Part shown: in pieces, positions 14,553 through 29,849 of the stretch
Layout of the letters: every line of letters begins with the position of its first letter
Numbering within the stretch: position 1 is the first letter of the stretch
Assembly: GCF_009914755.1 (NCBI RefSeq)
Contig: NC_060939.1
DNA length: 64,000 nucleotides
Direction: 5' to 3' (one strand)
DNA from: the human T2T-CHM13v2.0 reference genome, Homo sapiens
The notes under the pieces: model-generated
Told to the model about the DNA's origin: nothing
The model's input: the letters and a program-made list of their open reading frames with translations, nothing else
The model's database searches: none
Made by a program: the position numbers and the translations under genes

Positions 14553-14845
14553 CAGGGTTTCTCAGCCTCAGCACTATTGATACTTAGGGCCAGATCATTC
14601 TTAGATAGATCCCTCCCAGAACACACCTGTGGGCTGGCATTTGCGTATTGGTTTGTTTGAAGTAGCACTCTGCTGTAGTGAAAGGGCAACAAAGGGGCAA
14701 TTTTTCTTCTTGACACTGACAATAATTGACCATTTCCAGTTTTTATAGGTGTGTTGTGACCTTTAACCCCAACACATCCCTGCAAACACCCTTAGCCCAA
14801 AATCTGACCTGTGCATTGCAAAATGCCAAAACCCACTAAATGCCT
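14553..14845. mobile_element. MER20 (hAT) fragment interrupted by copy 2 of the ~190-bp element (14602-14804)
   Basis: CAGGGTTTCTCAGCCTCAGCACTATTGA...CAGATCATTCTT resumes as CTGACCTGTGCATTG...ACCCACTAAATGCC after the insert, following MER20 consensus order. Confidence 0.65.
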
Positions 14846-15305
14846 CTCTGAAGCCTCCCAGCCCCACGGCCTTTCCACCCACTCCACCTGCTGTGGCCAG
14901 GCTGGGAGGGGTGCAGGAAGGTGGCACACTGCCATGTACAATTTGGAAGAGGAAGAGCCAGGAACCCCTCCAGGCCCAGCTCTCTGTGAGCCCTGCCAAG
15001 GCCACCTACACCTGCCTGACTCTCTGGGGCCCCTCAGCCCTGGCCTGGGAAAGAGTCTTCGCCCAAATCCAAGATGCAGGCCCCTGCCACAGGGCTTACC
15101 TACACCCCTGTGAGAGCCCTGGGTAGGGGTCAGAAAATGGGGCAGAGGCCAGAGCCAGCACTGGGGGCAGAAGCAGGCAGTCCCTCCTCCCATGGTTAAG
15201 CCTGCATCCTCTCTCCTCCTGCGCGGTGGCCCTTCCTCACTGAGCACCTGCCAAATCTGCCAGGTGCGAAGCCTGCTGTCAGGGCCAGAAAGTCAGAGGC
15301 AAATT

Positions 15306-15716
15306 CAGGGGTGAGCTGAACAGTGTTTAACAACCAGGTCTCTGGACTGGGGTGAGGGGCCCTGATTTGTAGTCTTTGCCTATTTCTGTGGTGCAAATAT
15401 TCCTACCCTGGCAGATATAAAGCCAGCAGTATTTTGTCACTGAGCGTGGAGCTGGTTCACAACATCACAAAGTGTGTGCACCACCAGGTGCAATAGACAC
15501 AAATTACCTTACGAGCATGAATAATGGTAACATATAGTAAAATAATTAGGAAATGATGAGTTGCTAGTGGGTATTTCCTTTTTTAACAAAATGTATTTAA
15601 GGTTATATAATTTAAGTACCGACAATGACTGTGCTTAACAACTCGTTCGCAAAATTCTGAAAATGTGGCCACCAGCACCTATGAGCCGGTACCAGCTGGC
15701 TGCAGGCCCATCACTG
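15306..15716. mobile_element. MER63-like hAT DNA transposon fossil
   Basis: Degenerate CAG...CTG termini; TGTTTAACAACC, CCTGATTTGTAG and GAGCCGGTACCAGCTGGCT motifs. Confidence 0.7.
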
Positions 15717-16337
15717 GGAATTGAGTGTGGTCCCTGCTCTCTGAAGGCGACAGGTCTACCCAGGGTGGGCCGGTCTGTGGGGGGACAGAGGGATGCATGG
15801 GGGCCACGGAGAACCAGAGGAGACACTCTGTGCAGGGGTTCAGGGAAGGCTTCTTGGAGGAGGCAGCATTATAGAGAACAAAGGGGAGGGTAAATATATC
15901 CCAGAAAAGGGTAAGGAGAGAGTGCCAGGCTAGAGAGGACACTGGGGAAAGACCAGGAGAAAACAAAGTGTTTGGCGTGGTCCAAAAACTAAAAATGTGT
16001 GTCTCAGTCTGGCTGATGGGATGGCTGGGTTCCAGCCCAGGTTCTGCTGCTGATGCCTCTGTCACTTGGACCAAGTCCACTCCATTCTCTAGGCTTCTCG
16101 CCTCTGTCAAATTGGGGTCCGAACCAGATGGGTTCCAGGCCCGCTGGTGATCTAGACCCCCAAGAAGTCTGCAGAGGGGCCTTGTGAACATGTATATAGC
16201 TCATGGAGGAAGTCTGGCCCACAACTGACACTTCACAACCAGATCTTCCCCTCCCTCCTCCTCTCCCCTTCACCCGGTTCCCCCAGGTGATCCTGGAAAT
16301 TCTGGTTTGGCTTCAGAAAGTAACTATAATTACAGCC

Positions 16338-16552
16338 TTTTTTTTTTTTTTTTTTTGAGACAGAGTTTCGTTCTTATCGCCCAGGCTGGAGTGCAGTGAC
16401 TTGATCTTGGCTCACTGCAACCTCCACCTCCTGGGTTCAAGCGATTCTCCTACCTCAGCCTCCTAAGTAGCTGGGATTACAGGGGGACCTGCCGCCATGC
16501 CTGGCTAATTTTTTTGTATTTTTTAGTAGAGACGGGTTTCGCCATGTTGGCC
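16338..16552 (-). mobile_element. 5'-truncated Alu with target-site duplication
   Basis: ATAATTACAG is repeated on both flanks. Confidence 0.9.
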
Positions 16553-17214
16553 ATAATTACAGTCATTTATAGAACACTTTGCTGCCTCTCCTAATTACCA
16601 AGCTGTGCAATTCCAGTTACGCATGTAAGGAAACATCTCAGGAACCCCTCCCTGGGGCCAGCCTGTCAACCGCAGCCCCCAGGCCAGCTGGAATGGAGTG
16701 GGAGTGCCCGTGGCTGCTGCTGACGTCTCCCTCCTGGCTTCCTTTCATGCCAGACCAGGAAGGAAACCTTGGTTCAAAGGCCTGCCCTGGGGTGGGTGTG
16801 GGATGAAGAGAGACAGGGAAAGTCCCTCAAGATGATGAGCTTGCGACATGGGGGAGGGGAGAGGGACTCCTTCTGGTGATGCAGAAGGCCTCCGTCTACA
16901 CAGCAGGTGAGTCTTAGAATGCCGGGGCGGGTCGTGGTTTCACAGCATGAGTTAGAGCTTGTTCCCCAGGAAAGGGGCTGTTTAAGTTTAGAAAGCAATG
17001 GTCCTTCCACTAGGTACAGGTTCCCCGGCCTCATGTCCATCACCACCACTGAAGCTCCCTTAGCAACAGCCCTCACCCTGCAGAGCAGCCATCCAGCCCT
17101 GCCTCTGATGCCTCCTGTGACTGGGATTAGTACCCCAAGCCTCTGTGACATTTGGGTACTCCATTAATGAGAAAGCTTTTCTTCCATCAAGATAAGCTTC
17201 CCTCTGTGCAATTT

Positions 17215-18304
<1,090 letters not shown>

Positions 18305-20273
18305 TCCTCTTTTTTTTCTACCCACAGGTCCCATCTCAAGTCTCTGGGGCTACTACTCCCTCTGCCCTGGGTGTGCCAATGGATACTGTCCCCCCTACTG
18401 GTCCTCTCCTGGACAGGTGTCCGGCTCCCCTAAACCTCGCCTGGTTCCTTAGCCCCACCAGTTTCTGAGACAGCCCTGATGTGGAGGCTCCCTGGGACTT
18501 CTCACTGTACATACCACCTCCCGCCAGGTGCCCACACTCAGTCCTAGGCACAGAGCTGGCAATCCCAAGGGGCTCCACTCCTGAGCCCCAGCATCCCACC
18601 TCCCACAACTCGACCATCTGGGTGGCCCCCAGGCCCACACCCATGCCACACCCAAATCCAACCCCACCAGCTTCCTCTGCCCCTGCCCCTCACCCCAGGC
18701 CCCTTTCATCCAGTCTTCAAAGCGTCAAACTGCTGCTCCCCCTGCTCCTTCTTCCAAGTGTCTCCAAACCCCACCCCTCTCTTCCCAGACCCCGAGCCCT
18801 GCCCATCAGGCCACCATCCTCTGTCCCCTAAATTCTGAAAAGGCCCCTCCCTGCTCTCCCCGCCTAAACCCGCCCCCTCCCATGTGTCCTGAGAGCAGCA
18901 TAGCGTGGAGGTTAGGGGCAGGGCTCCAGTGCATTCCATCCCCTGCTCCTCCACTCACTGACTGTGTGGCCTTAAGCAAGCTGCTCAACCTCTCTGTGCA
19001 TCGTTGTCTTAATAGTATCTCTCTCCTAGAGTTGCCTGTGAATAGTCTGGTTGCCAAGGAATTCAGAGTGGCCGATAGAGGACAGAAGGGAGGGGTAAAA
19101 CAAAGCAGAAAGGGGCACAGGAGCCAGGTCCTTAAGTCCTTAAGACCTTCAATGCTCAACTAAGGCCTGGGAAATTTCTCCTGAGATGAGTGGAGAGCCT
19201 TCAGGATAGTCTTAAGTCTCTGATCAATGTTGTGCCTTTGGAATGTCTTGGTGCCTATGGTGCCTATGGAATGTCTTGCTTTCTTTCCTGCAGAGACTGA
19301 GAGCCCCTCCTGTCCCAGGGGTGCTGAGAGGTCTGTCTCTGGCTCCCCCACCGCCCCCATGTCTCTGCTGGGACTGGTAAGTCATGGAGCTATGCCCGGC
19401 AGAGTTCTCTTGCCAGACTCCAGGCCTCTCTCACCACAGGAGATCAGGACTGGACTCCCAGGGGTCTGACCTGACTTCCAACCCCAGGAGGGTGGGTGGT
19501 GTCCAGCGAGGGCTTGTCTAGGTCGTCCAGCCTTCCGCTGTTGGCCTCAGGGACCATCCAGGCAGCCTGCCCAAGTTACTCTTGACCCCTCCTCTGACAC
19601 AGACTCTCCACCTACCTACAAAGCTCTTTCACAAATGTGTCATTATTTTGTTTAATCCTCATAACAACTCTGGGAGTTGGGTGTTATTATCCCATTTTAC
19701 AGTTGGCAAACTGGATAATGTATGATGTCTTACCTACTCGCTAGGAGCCCAGTCACAACGGTTCATGCCTGAGTGGGAGGAGGATTGGGGGTGCTCCTCC
19801 ACCCACCTCAGCCAGCCAGGCCCAGCACTGAGTGAGGGGCCAAGTGGGAGGGGAGGCAGCCTGTGGCGGCGGGAGGGGGGCCCAGGGAAGTGGAGGGCAG
19901 GTGGGGGCTGCTGGCACTGGGACCTGCCAAGTAGAGAGCGAGGCCAGAAGGGGCTGGGAGGCCTTGAGGGCAGGGAGAGCAGGAACGGGAATGAAGAGGC
20001 AGGCTAGGAGCAGGCTCCAAATCTGAAACCTGGGAGGAACCTCCTTGAGTCACCCTACTCTTTGTACAGATCAGGAAATTGAGGCCCACCCAGTCAGGAA
20101 GAGAAATTCGTCTAAAACCACTCAGCCTGCCAGAGACCAAGCCAGAATCTGTGCCAGAGCGCACCCAGGCTGTTCCTGGAGAACCCAGGAACCAGCCCCA
20201 CGGGGCCAATCAGCTGGCACTGGGCTGACCAGCAGGCACTGAATGAAACTTCTAGCCTCCGGGCCTCTCTGGG

Positions 20274-20292
20274 TGGCCAGCAGGGGGCGGTA
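20274..20292 (+). promoter_or_regulatory. CTCF-like motif
   Basis: TGGCCAGCAGGGGGCGGTA is near the full consensus. Confidence 0.7.
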
Positions 20293-23200
20293 CTGCCCCA
20301 GGAGTGACAGCTCCCAGACTCCCAGCCACTGCCCTCAGGCCCATCCCAAGGTCCCAGGGCAGAACCAGGGCTGGGGACACAGAAGGCATAGGTGGGAGGC
20401 AGGGTTTCTGGGGTGGGAAGAACAGCACACAGAGCTGAGCATGGGACTCCCCGGCCCCATTCTGATGCCAGCTCCTTCTAACCTGAGCGAGGGAGGAAAC
20501 AAGCCCTTCCTTTCTCCTTGCACCTCCACCAGTTGAGAGAACATTCTAGAAATGCACCCAGCTCCATCCAAAGTCTGCTCTCTCGAGAGGGGAAGGGGCT
20601 GGAGAAGAGACTGTCTCCCAGGCCACAGGTTTCCACAGAAAGTTGTCCTGCAAAGGAGGCTAGACCTAAGGAGAAACTTCTAGAGGCCTCTATACTGAGT
20701 ATCCAACCTCAATTCCGGGAGTGTCCCTTTCCCAAAATAATGCTCTAGGAGAAGGTGGGGAAAGGGTGGCCAACTGCAGTGCTATGTGAAGACAGGGGCT
20801 AGATGTCCTTATTGCTGTTTCAGGACCCTCTTAGGTGCGACAAGAGAGAATTTTCTCCAGGATGGCTAAAGAAGAGCAGGGGCATGGGGGAGTGAGCAGG
20901 GCCGCAGGGGTCAAGAAGATGAGCCACTCTGGCCCCCAGGAGAGATGGCCAGGGTGCAGGGGGCTCCGTGTCACCCCCATCAGCCCTGGGACCCTTCCCA
21001 ATGGCGAGGGCTTGTATTCCTAACCAAACTTCTGGATCTGGTCCCAGCGGGAACCCCTGCTATAATGAGTGCCCCCAAGGCCTCCCTTCAAAATCCCAGG
21101 AGTCCAGCTTCTCGGGGCAAAAGCCCCACAGCAGCTGGCAATACAAGATCTAGGAGGCAGGGGATCTTGAGGCCCCAGGTCAGAAAGGCCCCACGCACCT
21201 GCCTCTCCCAAGATTTAAAATACCAGGGGGCTAGGGGTTCCCATCCCCTGCTACTAGGCTTCGTGGTGGTCCTCAGCCCCAAGCCCACTGTGCCCTGTGC
21301 AGCATGGACAGATGGTCTCCAAGGGGCCCCTTTCAGCACCACTCCCCTTGGTTTCCCATCAATGCCACCATACACCAAAGTTCACACACTGTCTACTGGA
21401 AAGCCCCTGTCAGGGCCAGTTGTCCTACAATTAACTCTTCAGTTCTCCCAGGCTGATGGTTCCACCACACAGAGAGCAGACAGGGTGGGCAGGGGCTTGG
21501 GGAGTCACAGCAGGCACCCAGGGACAGAGGGGCAAGGAAAATGGAGATGGGGGCACATTCAGGGGGTGGGGACAGCATCCTGGCAGGTCCCGGGCCTGCA
21601 CCACCTGGAGGAGCCGGTGACTCACGGGGCTGACAGAAGAACTGAAACCAGACAGGAGAGTGCAGGAAGGAGGAAGAAACACCCACCAGGTAACCTGTGT
21701 CCTCAGACATGTGCACTTCCAGGCCAGAGTTTCTATGAATCAGTGTCTCTAGACACAACCACCTTGATCCCTTCCGTTGCCTCATGCTGACGTCTGAGTC
21801 TGGCCCGTGGCCATCTAAACCCCCGCACTCTGGTTCAACCACCATCAGGCCCACATAGCAGCTGCTTCAGATCAAAAATCTCCTCTTCAGGGGCTTTTTC
21901 ACCAAGCTGATGGTAAAGGCAGGACTCCTGGGTCCCGGTGTCCACTGCAGCCACTCTGGCTTCCCCTTAGCCCCTCTGCACCCCCTGCTCACCACCTGGC
22001 CAGTGTTTCTGCTCTTCCTTCTGCCTAGCATTCCCCTACCACCCCTGCTTTGCCTAGCAGGTACCTACTCATCCTTCAGGTTTCAACCCATGTCACCTCC
22101 TCCAGTGAGCTTTCTCTGACCTCTCACCTAAGTCAAATCCCCCATTACATGTGCTCCTGGCACCATGCACCCCTCTCTGAGCCCTTTGTAGAGTTTAGTT
22201 GTGTGGTTAGTGATGAGTGCCTGCCTCCTGTACTACAGCTGAAGCTCCAGGAGGGCAGGGACCAGGGCCTGGTCTAGTTCACCCTCCATTGTCTCTGCAG
22301 CATGTGGCAGAGTCAGTGCTAGGCACATAGAAGGCCCTCAGTAAACGTGCTGTGAATGAGTGGGTTCCCCAGCCAGCTGGATGTCCCACGGTTTCCCCCA
22401 CCCCACCCCATCTGGCTCTAGCTCCTCTCTGTGACCCTTTTCATCTGCAGTCCTTGGAGCCTCCTAATGGTTGGGCTCTGTGGTGGGGACCAGGCAACCT
22501 GCCCCTGGGGCCTCAAGATCAAGGCAAGACACAAGACTCAATACCCCTCCAACAGGTTACAGGGGCAGCCTCAGTGGCACCAATTGCTCTGACCCGTGAC
22601 TCAGAGGAAGCCAGTCCTCCAGAGCCCACATCCAGTCCACATCCTCCTTGATGATTTTGCATCCAGCTGCTGTTCCAATCTCAGGGCCTATGGCCCTCAG
22701 GGACTATCCAGCCTCCACCTAGAAATCAGACGACCAGAAATGGTTAGGACCCAGCCCAAGGTCACACAGCATAGCTGTCACAGAGCCGCACCAAGAATCC
22801 AGGGCGCCAACTCTAGCATAGGGTTCTCCCCATGCTATAATAAATGTAGCTATTTTTAGGAAGTGAATTAGCAAGTCAAATATGAAGTCTACTAATAATA
22901 CCACATTTCTGCTTTTCAGAGTCTTCATCACCTTATTTGCTCCTGCAACATCAGGGTGGGCTGGGCACTGAAGTAGGTGGTGAGCTCATCTGAAAGGTGT
23001 GGTCCAGAGAGAGGAAGTGACTGGTCCTGAAACGCAATAAGCCCAGCCTTCCTGCCCGCCCTGCTCAGTGGTACTCCCAGAGAGGGTGCAGTGCCCCAGA
23101 AGTCCCCTTCCCAGGGCCTGGCTGGCAGCCTCCCACCTGGGCAGGCTCCTCGGGGCACTCAGACCAGCCGCTGCCTCCCTCGCCTGTTGTCCTCTTGACC

Positions 23201-26200
23201 CTCCCACCCCATCCCCCAAGCTGAGGTCAGCCTCCTGCCTTTCCTGGCCCCTGGCAGACCTTGCTTCTGTGCTAGCTCCAGCCCAAACCTGCATTCTCAC
23301 AGCCTGTGGGCCTCAGGTGGCCTCAAGGCCTGGCATCCAGTTGTATTTTTTCCCCTGCAAATTCCTTAGCACATGCCAGGGGTAGCTCTGAGCAGGAAGG
23401 CACGGGCAGCCAGCTTTGCAGCCTGAGCTCCCCTCAACTTGGGACCTCAGTTCCCCATCAAAAGGGACAACAGCCTCATCCCAAGAGGGGCTGGAGTTAG
23501 ATCCAGCCCCTAGTCCTGCAGCCCCATCTCCTACCCCTTCCCCCTCCCCCACAGAAGCTCCTCAGACATCTGGCAGCACCAGACAGGGCTGGATGGACGG
23601 AAACATGAGGTCAGATCCTCAATTGCTTCCTGAGCCCTTCCCAGAGGAGCAGGGCGCTTCCCAACTGGGAAACAGCTGAGCTGCTCCATAAAGGAAACCG
23701 GAGAGGCGGGGAGGGATGGAGACCATTGCTGGCAGAGGAAGCGACAGCGCCCCTATTTCTCAGATGGGCAACTGAGCCACAAGCCATAGGCCAGCATGCT
23801 GTGGCCACCACAAGCCCCCACCTCTTGTGAAAGTCTCTACTGAGCCCAAGGGCCTAGCATGAGCCAAGGAGGGGGTTGGGCTATGGCTAAAAGGATATCT
23901 GGGCCAGCTCCCAGGAGCCTTGACTCCCAGGACAGGGACCTGTAGGGATGGGTCCTTCACTCAGACTCATGCTGGGGAATTCTGCAGTCAGGAAGGCTTC
24001 CCGGAGAAGGGTGCTGTGGGGGGCTCAAGGGCAACAAGGAGGGAGGAAGGCATTGAGATGGGCTCAGCAGGTGCAAAGGGCAGAGCAGAGGAGGCGCTCA
24101 GAGATCCCCCTCAGGTAACCGACCTGGCCTGTCTCGCCTCCCGGCACCGGCTGGCTTGCAGAGGAAGATCTGGGCTCATTGTCCATTGTAAGCTGGGTAT
24201 GTCCCAGTAGCTCAGGCTCCTGGACCCTGCTGGGCCAGCAGGGAGGGGCGTTGTAGCAGGAGGGAGACAGGCCAGGCCATCCTGATGAGGAGAGAGGAGA
24301 AGGAGGGGCCTCCCCAGGGTGGCAGGCACAAGCCTGTCCAGGGAAACCCACAGCTGCACAGGGGGCAAGTGGGTGCCTCTCCCTCTATCCATTATCTGGC
24401 AGGATGAGATGGGCACTCTCCTTGCCTAGGCCCAGACCTGGTCCCCACAGCCGGGACCCTCCCACCCGGCATTGTCCTCCCTAGGGAGCCATGCTGGTTG
24501 TGGGACTGCGGCCATGCCTGGCAGGGGATGGTGCCGATGCTGACACAGCAAGAACCAGGCCAGCCGTGAACAAAGAAACATGGGAAGGGGCCACGTCTGC
24601 AGGAGTCGTTCCTGAGGTGGCGGCCAGCACCGTGGACTGTAGGCTGAGGAGGCACAGGACGGCCTCTCCCTGAGTGTTCCAGCCAGCATGTTCCTGATCA
24701 GATACTCGGGGGCCAAAGCTGATCAAGGCCCTCGGGGCACAGCTCAGTCCAAAAATCCCCATCACCTCCCCCCAGGGCCCAACCCCCTTCACTCGTGACA
24801 GAAAAGGCCTCTGAATCACCTCTCAACCCTGACAGCAGGGTCCGCTCACCACCCCCACTTTTTTTGCCATGATCCCCCTCAGGGTGGGAGGCGAGACTGG
24901 ACAGGAACAGGGGAGCCCAGAAGGGCCCATCCTGGGCCCAAAGGCAGACAGCACCCATACAGCAGGGGCTGCAGTGCCCTGATTGGCTTGTGGCAGGTGT
25001 TGTGGGGGAGGCACCCAGTAGCAGGGCAGCTGGCCAGGTGTGGGAGCCCTGACGTTGGGCCTGTCACACAGCATCAGGGAAGGAGCTGCTAGTACCGGTG
25101 GGGCGAGGGCTGGGAGCCTCGGGGAAGCGGTGGCTTTTCAGCTGAGAGAGCGAGAAACATTGGCTGAAGTGGAGTTGGTGCCCCACTTTCCAGGAGGGCT
25201 GCCCACTGCCCGCAGGGCCCCCGGTCAGGGCGGGAGGGCTCGGCACCGAGAGGTCCACCGAGCCAGACCAGGCAGAGAGAGCACATGGACCGGCGGAGAC
25301 CAAGGTCCCAGAGAGGTGGGGAACAGGAGGCGCCCCCTCCCCTGCCACATGAGGAAAGTGGGCATGCTGGGCAGGAAGGGAGGGGATGGTGCCAGAGAAG
25401 AGTGCCAGCGTCCAGGGTGAGGGAATGCCAGCACCATAGACTGTGGGTGGGGCAAGGTAGGCAAGTCCAGTGTGGCTCCAGGGTACCTCAGATGCTGAGA
25501 TGTAAGCAGGGTAGGGACATTTTATCCATAGCCAGGTTCTGGGAGTGCCCGGGGACAGCATTACCCTTAGATGCAAGCAAGAAGGAGCCCTGCCCTGGCA
25601 CCTGCATTCTAGAGGATTCCACTCCAGCCTTCCACTGGCCTTGCCCCTCCAACAGGGAAATAAAGTCCATGAGCCAAGGAAATGTGTCCACCCGAGCCCC
25701 ACATCCCCCCTCCAAATGCAGAACCCCAGAATTCCCTGCCCACAGGGCCCCAAATCTAACTCCACAGCCCACGTGGGCCTTTCCGCTGGGCCTGCCTTCC
25801 TGAGAACCGACCTGCAGCGGGTGTGCACACCCCAAGGCCTCGGGAGTGGCCAAGGGGCAGCCACTGCTACGTATATGGATGGGTCTGGGAAGGTCACACA
25901 CTGCCCAAGGGGGAGCCCGGGATGGGAGCTGGGGTTGGCTCAGCCTCTGCCTGCCACATTCCAGTCCTGCATTCCAGGAGCCCAAGAATTCTAAGTACAA
26001 ACCTGGTCCTCAGGGTGTTATGAAGGTGTATTTGCTAATGTAGGAGGATAGAGCATATCCTATTTAGAGGTTGTTGGCTTGATTTATAACTTTGAAATAT
26101 CCAGACATATAGTATGTGGGCCTCCATTTTTACTCCTGCCCTGGGCCCAGGCAATGTTAGGGGTAGGATCAGAGGGCAAGCCCTGGCCCCTGCCCCACCC

Positions 26201-27902
26201 CTCAGGAGACCCCTGCTCTCCAGCCAGTGAGCGCTGCCGAAGGAGGGCTGGGCAGGAAGCCAGCAGCCGAGGGAGCCCATATGCACCTGTGGACCTAGCT
26301 TCAGGGCTGGTGGGACCTAGCAGGCTGGGTCCTTGGGGCTAGGAGCAGGGGAACCCGAGAGAGCGCTTCTCCCAGGGTTGAGCTTCTGCTTGAAGCTGGG
26401 AAAGCCACAGAGAGGCTGAGCTTGTGGCCCAGGGACACCCAGCCTGGATGCGGCTGCTGTGCCCTCCCCCTGGAGGTCCCTCCTGCTTCCAAGGCTCACC
26501 CACCTGTGCATCCAGCTCGGAGCTCAGGGTGCTTCGATCCCTTTTTTGAGTTCATTCCTGTGGCCAAGCCCTTCCCCCACGGTTTCCCATGCTGGCACCT
26601 CAGGAGGATCCTGCCCCTTGTTCCCTACCCAGCTTCAACCCCTTCCTCCGAGGCTCCAAGCCCCCTCACCCCCCTCACTGCAAATCACCTTTCTTCCATT
26701 GGAGCCAGGATCTTAGCTCAGGGAGCGACCCCAGCCCCAGTATACAAAGAGAAGCCTGCGGCCCACAGTCCCAGAGCGAGGCTGCAGCTGAGCCCAGGCT
26801 AGGACGGGTCTCCTGCCCCACCCCTTCAGCTCAGGGGGCATCACCCACCTCTTTGGAGCCTCACAGACCCCCCTGGTTCAAATTTCCACTAACACTCTCT
26901 GTGATCTCCCACAAGCTGCTTTATATTCTGAGCTCCTTCATTTATGAAATGAAGATAATAAATTTTGCCTTGTAAAGTCGTTAGAGGGATTAGATAAAAT
27001 ACACGCATAGGCCAGGCCCTATGCCAAGAACACCTTAGGGCTGAGACCTCCTTCCCTGCCTCACTCTGGCAATGGACATTACTGAGCAGCACCAGGATCC
27101 CGAGGCCCAGACAGATGTGCCTCTTGCCCTCCAGGAGCTTCCCTCATGCTGGGAAAACAGACACCAGCCAGGAACCCGCAGGAGGCTCCCAGAGACGGGG
27201 AGTGTCCAGGAGGGAGACGAAGCTGGAGGCAGGAGGGGAGGGCAAGGGGTTGAGAAGGCTGGTCAAGGAGGGCCTCTCTAAGAATATGCCCTGAGGACCT
27301 AAGGGAACCAGTTGTGCAGCATGTGGAAGAAGAATGTTCTAGAGAGGGGGAACTCAGGACGGTGCCTTGCAGGTTCTCAGAAACGCCTGGCGCTTATCTG
27401 AGCACACACTCACGGACCCTGTTACCACACCACAGCGGGGCCTCTGTGTGGGGCTGATAAGGCCAGAAAAGATCTCAAGATATTTTCTTTCCTTTTCTGT
27501 GAGTGGCCTGAGATAGGCTGTGTGGGGACATTTGGCTCACGGCCTGCCTCACAGGCCCCCCCCGTCACCAGGGCACCATGGAGCACTCACTGCTGGACCT
27601 CCCAGTGGGGACTCGGGATTGGCCCCCGAGGGGGGCTGCCAGCCAGTGCTGGGGGCCCATGCGTGACGGGGCTGACCTGGCTCCCCTGTCGTGACCCACA
27701 GAGGCCTGCTCTCTGCTTGTGCAGTCTCTGCCTGCTCGAGTGTACAGCGTACAGGCTCTGGGCTCAGAGATGAGGGCTGGAAGCCAGCTATGTCACCTTC
27801 ATTCCCTCACCTGTAAAATGGGGGTGCTGACAGTAACATCGTCCTCAGAGGGTTCCTGTAAAGGAGTGGGGGAGATGGTGCTAGAGCCTGGCTCATCCAA
27901 AC

Positions 27903-28215
<313 letters not shown>

Positions 28216-29849
28216 TCAGTAGGTGCTACTTCCTTTCTTACAGGACCTGTGCCTCCTGGGATGACCCCCACCATCCACCCCTAGGCACCAGGACTGAGTC
28301 GGCTCTGAAAAGAAATGGGGAATGAAGCTTTGGGACTTGGTTCCTGCCTTCAGGGAGCCAATGGTCCAGCCAGGGGGATTAGGGTTCATGTCCCTTCCTG
28401 GGCCTCCAGGAGGTCATGACCTTCAAAGCAAGAATGAGGAAGCCCACGATGGTAGCGTGGGGCCCTGCATGAAGTGCCTGTGACGGGAGATGGAAGAACT
28501 CTGTCATATGTCCGTGAGAGTGAAAGGAACCTCAAGCATTCAAGGAAACCAAACCGGTACCCAAGATAGATGAAGAGATCAGGAATTTACCAGGTCACAG
28601 AGGCTTCTTGGCAGCCACCTGCAGGAGACGGATAACACCATGGCCAGGGCCCCCATGCTCCATACCGTGTCTGTGACCTCCACAGACTCACTCCACAATG
28701 TGACTTTGGGTAGGTCACAGTACCTGTACGGCCTCAGCTTCCCCACCTGTCAGATGGGAAGAACAACAGCGCCCTCCCCATGAAGCCATCATGAGCACCA
28801 CACCAGGTAAATCATGACCTGCTCTCGTGCATGCAGGGATGTCAATGAAGACGAGTTCCTTTTCCCTGAAGTGATGAAAGGGACTTTTAGAAAAGAGGAA
28901 GTGGGTGGATTCTTAGGAAACCTTAGTTCCATCCCAGGCAAGTGGCTCTGATGATTCAGTAGGTGACTTCCAGGTGTTCCCAGGAGGCGCAAGCTACCAA
29001 AGTCATGTCCTCTCACCTGAATTTTCATCCAGCCCAACCCTGCCTCTGGACACCTATCCCCTCTTGGGACCTCGAGGCCAGGCCTGGAGAGGATGTGAAC
29101 GCCTGGAGGCCCTCCCAAGCCCAAGCAGGAGGTAGACGCAGGGACAGTGGGCATCTTCCATCAGGCAGAGCTTGGCCAAGATTCCAGCAGCACCCAAAGC
29201 CTGCTGAGCAACTCACAGATGCCCATGCCTGGCAGGCTGGTCTCCATGGTCAGGCCCCAGCCTCTCTCTTCTGGGCCCCTCTCATCCTGCTCCCCAAAGT
29301 CCCACAGGCTTCCCTGCCTCCATGACTTTGCCAAGGCCACCCACCTGCCCCCGTACACTCCTGCTTCCACCTCTGTGCCTGCAGGCCTGCCCTACCTGGA
29401 GGCCTTCCCCTGTGTTCTATGGGTTTCTCACCACATGGTCTCATCAGTTATCTATCAAAGCGGCTGACGCTCCCTCCACTCCTGCCTCTGCCCCTCCTTG
29501 CCTCTGCCTGTGTTCCCCCTCCCATCACCACCTTAGCCTGTCTCCCCTCCTTCCTCAGGACTCAGGAGCCACTGAGGCTGTGGGGCACCTGCCGACATTC
29601 TGCCTGGCCTCCCTGGCTTCTCAGCCTTCCCCCACCGCCTACTGCTGCCTCTGGGCATCAAACCAGCTGCTTGAGTCTTTCCCATCCCACAGGACCCCTC
29701 TCTCAATAGCCCCACACCCCCACACCTCCAGCCTCTGCCCTCGGCTCTGGAAAGCACGGTCTCCACCCACTGCCTCCATTAACCCCCTCCTCCCCATCCC
29801 CTTAATTCCTGGGATCTAACCCCTGCCCCAACATCCCACCGAGGCCACT

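Noticed and set aside
19232-19278. Short imperfect tandem duplication (GTGCCT.TGGAATGTCTTG); also a 14-bp duplication near 9056-9083
   Set aside because: Ordinary slippage duplications; no array or repeat-spacer structure.
20945-21790. 281-aa plus-strand ORF, the longest in the track
   Set aside because: No recognisable domain; Pro/Gly/Ser/Arg-rich composition expected from GC-rich non-coding DNA.
25064-25897. 277-aa minus-strand ORF and overlapping ORFs
   Set aside because: Non-ATG start, several frames open simultaneously, no family motif.
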